A DNA stretch of 63,343 bases, filler included, from an uncultured bacterium (GTDB lineage: Bacteria > CAYJRR01), in assembly GCA_964372275.1 (NCBI GenBank). It is 3 parts of 3 records of this genome, joined end to end, with 100 filler letters (N's around TTAATTAATTAA, not from the genome) between each part and the next. Parts side by side here need not be neighbours in the genome. Positions count along the whole stretch, not along the records: positions 21,663 to 42,514 come from CAYJRR010000080.1; positions 42,615 to 63,343 come from CAYJRR010000081.1; 1 more part is not named here. The stretch is one strand, 5' to 3'. Shown here piece after piece: positions 33,601-42,814 of the stretch. The notes beneath the pieces are model-generated. The model was not told the DNA's origin, did no database searches, and saw only the letters and a list, made by a program, of their open reading frames with translations. The first letter of the stretch is position 1, and every line of letters starts with the position of its first letter. Made by a program: the position numbers and the translations under genes.

Positions 33601-36600
33601 CGCGAAGTCGATCACCACCAACGAAGACCAGCCGGTGGCGATCACGCTCAGCGGGACCGACACGGAAGGGAGCGCGCTCACCTACCTGGTCGTCGACGCC
33701 CCCGATCACGGGACGCTCTCCGGGACCTACCCGAACGTCGTCTACACGCCGGTCCTCAACTACAACGGCGCCGACTCGTTCCAATACAAGACCCGCGACG
33801 GCCTCCTCTACTCCGCGGCGGCCACCGTTACCATCACCCTGACGGCGGTCAACGATCCGCCGGTCGGCACCACTCCGACGCTCCAGGCGATCGAGGACAC
33901 CGCCGCGCCGCTCACTCTCACCGCAACCGATCCGGAAGGGGATCCGCTCACCTTCACCCTCGTGACCCTCCCGTCGAAGGGAAGCCTCGGCGGCGTGGCA
34001 CCCAACTTCACCTACACGCCCGGTCCGAACCTGATCGGAACCGACACCTTCACCTACAAGGCCAACGACGGCGCCGCCGACTCCGCGGTGGCGACGGCCA
34101 CGGTCGTCATCGCGGGACGCAACGACGCGCCGACCGCCAATCCCGTCGCCGCCGCCACCAACGAAGAGACGCCGGTCGTGATCACGCTCGACGGCTTCGA
34201 CCTGGAGGCGACGCCGCTCACCTACGCCATCGTCACGCAGCCGGCGAACGGCACGGTCAGCGGCGGATTCGGCGCCAGCCGCACCTACACACCGAAGCCC
34301 AACTTCTTCGGCGTCGACACCTTCACCTACAAGGCGATGGAGCCGACGCTGTCGAGCACGCCGGGTACGGTCACGATCACCGTCACCAACGTCCCCGACG
34401 CGCCGGCGGGCCAGGCGCAGGCGGTGACGGTCGTGGAGGACACTCCGACGGCGATCACGCTCTCCGCGACCGACCCCGACGGCGATGCGGTCACGTACAG
34501 CCTCGTCGGTCCCGCTCCAGCGAAGGGCTCGCTCTCCGGCACGCTGCCGAACCTGACCTACACGCCGACCGCGAACCTCAACGGTCCGGACGGCTTCGTC
34601 TTCCGCGCCAGCGATGGGACGCTCTTCTCCGACACCACGATCTCGATCTCGATCACCGCCGTGAACGATCCGCCGGTCGCCGACGATCAGCCGGGGGTTG
34701 CGACCCTCGAGGACACCGCCGTCGGCATCACCCTCACCGGGTCGGACCCGGTCGAGGGAAGCACGGTCACGTTCCTGCTCGGACCGGCTCCGCCGAACGG
34801 AACGGTTACCGGCACCGCGCCGAACATCACCTATACGCCGAAGCCCGACTTCAACGGCGTCGACAGCTTCACCTTCCAGGTCAAGGACGGGCAGCTCACC
34901 GGAACCGGAACGGTCACCGTCACCGTCGGCGCCGTGCCCGACGCCCCGGTCGCGCAGAACCAGACGGTCTCGGCGACCGAAGACGTGCCCAAGGCGATCA
35001 CCCTCGTCGGTACCGACGGCGACGGCGATCCGCTCATCTACCAGGTCGTGGCGAATCCGACGCTCGGCGCGCTCTCCTCGAACACCGAGTCGGCGATCAC
35101 CTACACGCCGAATCCGAACGTCAACGGCACCGACACCTTCACCTTCAAGGTCAACGACGGGAGCGGGGACTCCAACGTCGCGACCGTCACGGTCAACATC
35201 GCCGGCGTGAACGACCCGCCGTCGGCCGATTCGTTCGCCAAGGTCACCAACGAGGACACCGCGGTCGCCGTCACGCTCACCGGATCGGACGCCGAGGGCG
35301 CCAGCGTGAGCTTCGTGGTGGTGAACATGCCGCCGAACGGGAAGCTGACCGGGACCAAGCCCAACCTCACCTACACGCCGAACCCCAACTTCAACGGTCT
35401 CGACAGCTTCACCTACCGCACCAGCGACGGGACGCAGCAGTCGGCGGTCGCCACGGTGTCGATCACGGTCAATCCGGTCAACGACGCGCCGACGCCCAAC
35501 GCCCAAGTCGCCACGACCAACGAGGATACGCCCAAGGCGATCACGCTCACGGCCACCGATCCCGAGGGCGATCCGATCACCTACACCGTCGTCACCGCTC
35601 CCGGCCATGGGTCGCTGTCCGGGACGGAGCCGAACCTGACCTACTCGCCCGCGCTGAACTACAACGGCGTCGACAGTTTCACCTTCAAGGCGACCGACAG
35701 CTTCGGCGCCGAGTCGACGACCAAGACCGTTTCGCTGACGATCACCGCCGTCAACGACGCGCCGGTCGCCTACGCACAGGCGGTGAGCACCGACGAGGAC
35801 ATCGCAAAGGGGATCACCCTCACGAGCTCGGACGTCGAGGGGGCCGTCGTCAGCTACATCATCACCGACTCGCCCGACAACGGTTCGCTCGGTGGCAACG
35901 GGGCGAGCCGCGTCTACACGCCGTCCGCGAACTTCAACGGCGTCGACAGCTTCAGCTTCCTCGTCAACGACGGCGTCGTGAACTCCGATCCGGTCGTCGT
36001 CTCCATCACCGTCAATGCCATCAACGACCCGCCGGTCGCCTACGCCCAGTCGCTGACGGCCGTCGTCGGATCGGCGCGCTCGATCACGCTCGCCGGGACG
36101 GACGTCGAGGGCAGCCCGCTGACCTTCGCCGTCCTCGCCTCCCCGACGAAGGGGACCCTCACCGGGACGGCGCCGAACCTGACCTACACCGCGACCGCCA
36201 CCGGGGCCGATAGCTTCACCTACCGCGTGAACGACGGCTCGCTCGATTCCAACACCGCGACGATCTCCCTCACCAACGTCAACGCGATCGTGGCCTCCGG
36301 CGGAGAACAGAACCCGCCGCCGACGGTCACGCTCGCCGGGACGCTGCTGGCGACTCCGACGGGCGATCGGCTGGCGATCGCGGCGACGGTCGAGGACGAG
36401 ATCGAAGGGGCGGAGACGGCGTACCTCCTCGGGTGGGACTGGGGAGACGGCTCCGAGATCGAGCGGCAGGTGGTGACGGGAGGTGGAACGTTCCTTCGCG
36501 TCCACCACTACGTGGGCGGCGCCGGAGATGCCCTCGTCGCCCTGACCGTCACCGACCGCGTCGATCCTTCGACCGGACTGCCGGGACCGAGCTCCGCCGC

Positions 36601-38008
36601 CGCCGTCGCCTCGCGCCGCGCCGATCCGGAGGTCCGGACGCGCGAGGTGGAGCTCGTCGCCGCCAACGACCCGGCGGAGGGCCTGCAGCCGGCGCCGGAC
36701 CGGTACCAGTTCCAGCTCTTCGCCGACGAATCGCTCGAGCAGCTGCTGCACCAAGAGGTGGTCGCCGCCGGCGCCGGCGGCCGAACCACGCTCCGCCTCG
36801 GAGGCGTCGACCTGGAGGACGACCGCCGCTACGCGTGGCGCGTGCGGACCACCGACGGAACGCGGCACGGTCCCTGGCGGCAGGCCTGCGAACTGTTCTT
36901 CAATCCCGAGAACGACCCGCCGGCCGCTCCCCGGCAGAGCTTCCCGCTGGACGGCGCACGCGTCCCCGACCGGGTCCCCACCTTCGCCGCCGGTCCTGCA
37001 TTCGACGTCGACGACGAACTCCTTCTCTACCGCTACGAACTGCGGCCCGACGAGCCGGCCTCGGCCCCGATCGCCGCCTCCGCCTGGCTCGCCGGAGACG
37101 AGGTCGGCTCGCGCTGGACGTCCGACGCCGTTCTCGCCGAGGGTCGCCGCTATCGCTGGCGCGTCGCAGCGGCCGACCCGGACGGCGCGGTGCGCTGGAG
37201 CGACGAGCGGGTCTTCGCCGTCGACGGAAAGAACCTCCCGCCGGAGGCACCGGTCCTGACCGTGCCGTCCGATCTGACGGTGTCCGGCGAGACGGTCACG
37301 CTGTCGATCCACGCGCTGCCCGATCCCGACGGGGATCCGCTGTGGGCGGTCTTCGAGCTCGACCCCGCCGCACCGGGGAACGGAGCGTCGTCCGCCGGGA
37401 CGCCGCTCGCCGTTTCGGAGGCCGTCCCCGTCGACGCAGACGGCGGCGCGGCGTGGTCCCCGACGGGGCTGGAGGAGAACCGCCGGTACCGATGGCGCGC
37501 CCGACTCACCGACGGGGGAGCATCGAGTGGATGGAGCGTCGGCCGCCTGTTCGTCGACCGTCGCAACGATCCGCCCGGTCGTGCCGTCGCCCTCGATCCG
37601 ACGGACGATCGGACGGTCACGACCGCGACGCCCACCCTCTCGGTCCGAAACGCGGTCGATCCGGAAGCGGACCCGCTCTCGTACGCCTTCGAAGTGCGCG
37701 TCGGCGACGTCGACGGGCCTGTCGTTGCGTCGATCGACGGGGTCGAGGAGGGAACGTCGCGCACCCGCTTCACGCCGTCGGCGGAGCCGCTCGTCTCCGG
37801 CGTCTATGTCTGGCGCGTCCGTGCCCGTGACGCGCGCGGCGGCGTGGGTGAATGGTCGGCGCCGGAGCAGTTCGTCGTCGACACGTCGGCCGAGCGGGCC
37901 GGTGGATTCGGCTGCCGCGTGGCGGCGGCACCGGCACGAGCGACCGGTGGGCTGTGGTGGATGGCGGTCGCCGCCGTCCTGGCGTTCCGCCGACGCCAGC
38001 GGCGATAG
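21663..38008 (+). CDS. Giant (>5400 aa, 5' truncated) Ig/cadherin-like tandem-repeat surface adhesin with C-terminal beta-sandwich domains and MYXO-CTERM-like anchor
   Basis: Frame open from the contig edge; dozens of 'VNDxP..ED..YTP..NxNGxDSFTF' repeats; WDWGDG PKD-like motif; Y.WRV FN3-like units; ends GGFGCRVAAAPARATGGLWWMAVAAVLAFRRRQRR. Confidence 0.9.
24401..27866 (+). repeat. Ten tandem ~345-348 bp closely similar intragenic repeats
   Basis: Units start VNDKP(S/T/A/V)F(V/A)KG at approx. 24401, 24746, 25091, 25439, 25787, 26135, 26480, 26828, 27173, 27521. Confidence 0.9.
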
Positions 38009-38264
38009 GGCCGTGGTCACCGCACGCGGCGCGACAGGCTGTCGCGAGACCGGCTGAATCTTCGACGGATCATGCGTGCGCCGCAGCGCCTGCGCCGATC
38101 GCCCTTCGGCGCATCGATCTGCGATCGCTGTCGACGATCTGGTCGCGCGGCCTGTGCATCCAACGGCGGATGAAATGGGGATGCTCTGTGGATGGCCGTA
38201 CGAGTTCCCGTCCTCACGAGACTTTTTGCCGTTGACGACGGGCGCGCTACGACGCCGATTCCTC

Positions 38265-38280
38265 TGGCACGTCGGCTGCT
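38265..38280 (+). promoter_or_regulatory. sigma54 -24/-12 promoter driving the candidate large ncRNA
   Basis: TGGCACGTCGGCTGCT: GG 38266-67, GC 38278-79 (GG-N10-GC); predicted +1 near 38291, next to the 5' strand of the terminal helix. Confidence 0.8.
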
Positions 38281-38292
38281 ATTACTCCAGTC

Positions 38293-39219
38293 GACAACGC
38301 GGTTGGTTGTCGGGTCCGCGGCAGGGACGTGAGACTCGTGGAGCCGTAAGGTAGGAACGCGAAAGGTTTCGTAGAGATCGGAAGGCAGGCGGCGACGCCG
38401 GCCGGAGGATCGAGGGGCAACCCAGAAGCCCGGTAGTCGTTCCGCGTCCACGAGCCTTGAACGTCGGCCAAGAACCTCAAGGGGGCCGGTGGCCGGTCGC
38501 GATCCGGCAAACCGATCTTCCGGTGATCGAGACTCTGCATCGCCGTTCGGAACCCGCTTCGCGAGTGGTCGGGCATCGATCGACGAACGAGAGGAGGATC
38601 CGCCAACACGGATCCATCGCCGGAGGGGGGAACGCCCCGAAGAGGAGACCCGGGCGTCCGTCGCCCTGCCTTGGCCGCAAGGCCTCGGCGAGCGCGGAAG
38701 GTCCGGGGGAACCCCAAGAGCGCAGCGGGGATGAAACAAGCCCTGCAGGGTCGTGGGTGATGCAAGCCGTCGAGAGGGTGTGAAACCCTGCGGGCGGGAC
38801 GCGACCGGAGGTCGGAATCTCCGGACGATGCGGGTACCCACTTCTGTCGAGCGCTGTAGGGGACGGAACCCCAGGAGAGGTGCTTCCGCCTTCGGGCGGG
38901 AGCGGTCGTACGGTGGTTGACGCTTCGAGGAGAGCGGCAACCCGAAGAGAGGAGAGTCGTCCGGGTAAAACCGGGCGGCGACGTCGGGACGAGAAGACCC
39001 GAAGGGCCTGATGCGCCGGAAACGGCGCGGGTCGAACGGGGAGGACCGAAGAGCTACTTCCAGCTCCGAGGGCCTATCGACTTCGACGCGGAACCTCTGG
39101 ACGGGAGCCCAATCTCGCGGAAGCGCCGGGTTGCGCGCTGCAGCCGCGCGATGCCGCCCATCGTCCGGCTCACACCTCTGAAGGGGCCCGGCGGGTTCGA
39201 CCTCTTCCACCGCGTTGTT
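38293..39219 (+). ncRNA. Candidate ~925-nt highly structured non-coding RNA of unrecognised family
   Basis: ACAACGCGGT (38294-38303) is the exact reverse complement of 39209-39218; further nested long-range helices; GNRA and cUUCGg tetraloops; promoter upstream, T-run and terminator downstream; no credible ORF. Confidence 0.8.
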
Positions 39220-39236
39220 TTTTTTTGAGCCGTTCG

Positions 39237-39276
39237 AGAGCCCGGGCCGGCGCTGCCGCCCCGGGCTCTTTTCTTT
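39237..39276 (+). terminator. Intrinsic terminator after the candidate ncRNA
   Basis: AGAGCCCGGG-C-CGGC-GCT-GCCG-C-CCCGGGCTCT followed by TTTCTTT; preceded by T9 at 39218-39226. Confidence 0.8.
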
Positions 39277-39291
39277 CCGCTCTCGCGACGG

Positions 39292-39441
39292 TCCCCTTCC
39301 TTCCCTCCCCTTCTCCCTCGCTCCTCCTTCTCCTTCTCCTCGAATCTTCCCCCTGCTCCTTCTCCTCTACGCTGCTCCTCGAGGAGGAGCGGAAAGGAGG
39401 AGGAGGAGGAGGAGGAGCGAGGAGGGTGACGGGGAAGGGGT
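39292..39441. repeat. Pyrimidine-tract / purine-tract imperfect inverted repeat containing (GGA)7
   Basis: CTCGCTCCTCCT 39317-39328 pairs with AGGAGGAGCGAG 39410-39421; inner hairpin GCTCCTC-GAG-GAGGAGC 39374-39390; (GGA)7 at 39396-39416. Confidence 0.7.
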
Positions 39442-39467
39442 CGTGGCCGCGCGGCCGGCCCGAATCG

Positions 39468-41236
39468 TCAGCCGGCGAAGGCGGCGGCGAGGAGGGGTTC
39501 CTCGGTCGTTTCCAGACCGGCGGCGTGGCTGGCGCCCGCAACGAGCGACGCCGACGGTCGGCATAGCAGCCGGCGGCCGGCGGCCAGCGATGCGTCGCGC
39601 AGGGTGGAATGCGCGGCGTTCTCGAGCAGCAGCGCCAGGGTTAGCGTCCGGCCGGTGCAGTCGATCCAGGGACGGATCGCGCGCGCGGCGTCGTCGTCGC
39701 CCAATGTCGCAATCCCGGCGAGCGATCGCCGGTCCTCGTCCAGCCGCCGGCGCACCTCGTCGGCCAACGCCGCGGCCTCGGGGCCCGACGGGGTCGCGTC
39801 GAGCGCCCGTGCGATCCGATCGAGTAGCGCCGGTCCCGCCTCCTCCTTCCGGACCGCCCGGAGGACGTCGAGGGCCAGCACGTTGGAGGTGCCCTCCCAG
39901 ATCGGGAGAACCTGGCAATCGCGCAGAAGCCTCGGCAGCACGCTCTCTTCGACGTAGGCGTTGCCGCCGATCGCCTCCATCGCCTCGCTCACCACGTTCA
40001 CGGACAGCCGCCCGNNNNNNNNNNGTAGAGGAGCTTCACCATCGGGATCTGCGCCCGAATGCGAGCGGTCGCCGACCGCCCCACCGCTTCGCCGCCGGGC
40101 GCGGCGATGGCGTCGGCAAGGTCGAGCCCCCGCACCGCGTCGAAGGTGGCGCAGAAGGCGCCGATCGTCTCGGCCACCAGATCGGCCATGCACGAGCGCC
40201 ACAGCGGGAGATGGCGCAGCGTGCGACCGAAGGCGCGCCGCTCGGCTCCGTAGGCCAGCGCTTCCAGCGTCGCGCGCCGCATCCCCGAGACGCTGGCGCA
40301 CGCGTTGTAGAGGCGCGAGAGGTTGAGCATCTCCGCCATCCGCCGAAAGCCTTCGCCGACCCCGCCGACGAGGTGTCCGACGGTGCCGTCAAACGTCACC
40401 TCCCCCGTCGGCATCGACCGAACGCCGAGCTTGTCCTTCAAGCGATGCACCACGATCGTACGGTCGTTTCCTTCGGGGTCGTGGCGCAGCACCAGGAACA
40501 GACCGAGGCCCTTCGTCCCGGGAGGTCCGCCGGGCATCCGCGCCAGCGCGAGGATCGCCTCCGCGTCGACGTTCGAGCAAAACCACTTGTCGCCTCGCAG
40601 CCGCCAGCGGCCGTCCCCGGCGGTCGCGCTCGTTGAGGGGGCTCCCGCCGGAGCCTCCTCCGCCGTGACTCGGTTCGCTCCGACATCCGAACCACCCTGC
40701 TTCTCGGTCAGGAACATCGCCCCTTGCCACAGGCGGGAGAGGTCGGAGGTGGTCAGCCGCGAAAGCGCCTCCCGCGCCGCCGCCCCTTCTCCGAACCTCT
40801 CCAGCACGCGCGCCGCGCCGTCGGTCATGCAGATCGGGCAGGCCAGGCCCAGCTCCGCCTGACCAAAGAGATAGGCGCCGCCGAAACCGACCAGGTGCCG
40901 TCGCGGCCGATGGGCGGCGAGGAACGCCGGATCGTACTTGATCGACACGATCCCCGCGCCGTAGGAGAGCTCCTCCATCCGCTGGTAGTCGGGATGGTAG
41001 ACGACCCGGTCGATCCGGGAACCCGCCGGATCGTGCGTGACGAGCCTCGGAGACTCCCGGTCGGCGCGCGCGGCGAGTGGCACGGCGGCCGCGGCGTTTC
41101 TCCCGAGCCGCTCGAGGTGCGGTCGGACCGCGTCGTACGACGAGCCGATCCACGCCTGGAAGGCGCGCCATCCGAATGGATCGGCATGGAGGAGGTTTTC
41201 GAATCGAGGCTGCGGAATCGTCCGGTCGTCACCCAT
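39468..41236 (-). CDS. AidB-like acyl-CoA dehydrogenase (frame broken by the N gap at 40015-40024)
   Basis: CPICMTDGA, MFLTEKQGGSDV, GDKWFCSN, RLKDKLGVRSMPTGE, EAIGGNAYVEE, LPIWEGTSNVLALD. Confidence 0.88.
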
Positions 41237-41300
41237 CGACGGCGACGATCGATCGAACGTCTCGACACGGTCAAGGGAGGACCACTATCCTCCGGTCGCC

Positions 41301-41738
41301 ATGAGCGTCCCCGAGGGTTCCGCGTCCGAGGTACTGATGATCCGCCTGGGGGAGTCGGGTCCCGGCTTCCCCGCCCCGGAAGAGGCGATGCGTCTCCTGA
41401 ACGAACAGTCGACGAACAGCCCCCACAAGCTGGCTCTCCTTCCGACGAGGATGAAGCCGGCCGCTCGCGCGGAGGGGAGCCGCATTCTCCTCGAGGCCGG
41501 CGGCACCGTCCTGGCGGACGCGCAGATCGTACGCGTCGACGCCCGGAGAGACTTCGCGCCGGAGATGCGCGAGCAATGGGCCGCCTCCGGAGTGGCCGAC
41601 GCCAAAGCTTGGGTGATCCTCAAAGGGTTGCAGACGATCGACCGACCGCTCGCCGAGATGGCCGACACCGCCGACGGCAAACCGCTCGATCGCACCGTCG
41701 GCAATCGCCAGTTCCGCTGGATGCGCCTCAAGGCCTGA
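41301..41738 (+). CDS. Hypothetical protein (145 aa)
   Basis: Globular-looking sequence with normal codon use; divergent from the AidB-like gene; TATCCT -10-like hexamer 9 nt before the ATG. Confidence 0.65.
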   Translation: MSVPEGSASEVLMIRLGESGPGFPAPEEAMRLLNEQSTNSPHKLALLPTRMKPAARAEGSRILLEAGGTVLADAQIVRVDARRDFAPEMREQWAASGVADAKAWVILKGLQTIDRPLAEMADTADGKPLDRTVGNRQFRWMRLKA

Positions 41739-41910
41739 TCGCCGTGGCGCCGAGGGGATTGGGAGACCCCGGGGAATCCAACGAGGAGAACCGGCTCGCT
41801 GGCGTTCGTTGCGGGCGCACGCGGATCTTTCGAGTTGCGCGCCTTCGACCCGGTGGGCAGGTGCCGGTCGAAGAGGATCCTTCGCGCGCCCGCGCGGGAC
41901 TCTACTGCCG

Positions 41911-42514
41911 ATGCCACGACGACGATTGCGCTCCACCCTTCCCGCCGCCCTTCTCACCGCCACCTTCGCCGCCGGCTGTTCGCCGCCGGTGGAGCCGAAC
42001 GGGACGAACGATCCGACGCCGACGCCGACCGCGACCGAGCCGCCGGCGCCGTGCGCGCCGACCGCCTCCGGAACGCTCGCCGTCCTCGAGGGGGAGACGG
42101 CGTTCTTCACGGTGACCTGCGCCACCGGGCGCACACTCGACGGGCTGACGCCGGAGATCTCCCCCTTTCCGCCGGGGGCGACGTTCGATCCCGTCGCGGG
42201 CCGGTTCTCGTGGACCACCGGGCTCGCCGACGCCGCGACGTGGCACGTACGGATCCACCTCCCGGAGACGGCCGAGGACGGCGAGGTGACGGTCGCCGTC
42301 ACCGATCATTGGGAGCATCCCGAAAACGTCCCGCTCGTCGACCCGATCCGATACGAGCAGGAGTTCGGTCTGCCGGTGATTCATCTGTCGCCGGCGCCGG
42401 AGGACGACGACCTCTACGCGCCGACCACGATCCTCTACCGCGGACACGTCTACGAGGCGCTCGCGAAGAAGCGCGGCTGGACCTCGATCCATTATCCGAA
42501 GAACAGCTACACGC
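41911..42514 (+). CDS. Lipoprotein with putative Ig domain and start of a CotH-like kinase domain (3' truncated)
   Basis: Lipobox AAGC; PPGATFDPVAGRFSWT; GLPVIHL..KKRGWTSIHYPKNSY. Confidence 0.7.
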
Positions 42515-42614
42515 NNNNNNNNNNNNNNNNNNNNNNNNNNNNNNNNNNNNNNNNNNNNTTAATTAATTAANNNNNNNNNNNNNNNNNNNNNNNNNNNNNN
42601 NNNNNNNNNNNNNN
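42515..42614. other. Artificial contig spacer
   Basis: N-run + TTAATTAATTAA (42559-42570) + N-run. Confidence 0.97.
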
Positions 42615-42662
42615 CGGGGCTCTGGTTGAACAACGGGTCGCCTGGTTTGAAAGGCGACGATA

Positions 42663-42738
42663 TGGCTCCCGCGAGAGGACTCGAACCTCTGGCCCGGTGA
42701 TTAACAGTCACCTGCTCTACCAACTGAGCTACGCGGGA
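42663..42738 (-). tRNA. tRNA-Asn (GTT)
   Basis: TCCCGCGTAGCTCAGTTGGTAGAGCAGGTGACTGTTAATCACCGGGCCAGAGGTTCGAGTCCTCTCGCGGGAGCCA; full cloverleaf with encoded CCA. Confidence 0.97.
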
Positions 42739-42814
42739 AGACGTTCCTCTCGGAACGGCCGAGGATCCTAACGGACGGGAGGGGCAAGTCAAGAAAGCGT
42801 GCTAGTACGGGGGG

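Noticed and set aside
28715-38020. 3101-aa antisense ORF and other 1000-2000 aa alternative-frame ORFs over the adhesin
   Set aside because: Shadow ORFs from high GC3 and repetitive codons in the real + frame
38341-38440. GAGCCGTA (group II intron domain V-like) and CAGAAGCCCGG (RNase P-like) words
   Set aside because: No domain V hairpin, intron ends or RT ORF; the RNase P GAGGAAAGTCC element is absent
38017-39210. 397-aa minus-strand ORF and short + strand ORFs over the ncRNA region
   Set aside because: Arg/Pro/Ser-rich with no motifs or coding-like codon bias; promoter, terminator, tetraloops and G-U pairs all favour a + strand RNA
39191-39212. GGGTTCGAC..TCCACC resembling a tmRNA/tRNA 3' end
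   Set aside because: No T-stem complement after TTCGAC, no CCA, no matching acceptor 5' end; the segment pairs with 38309-38319 instead
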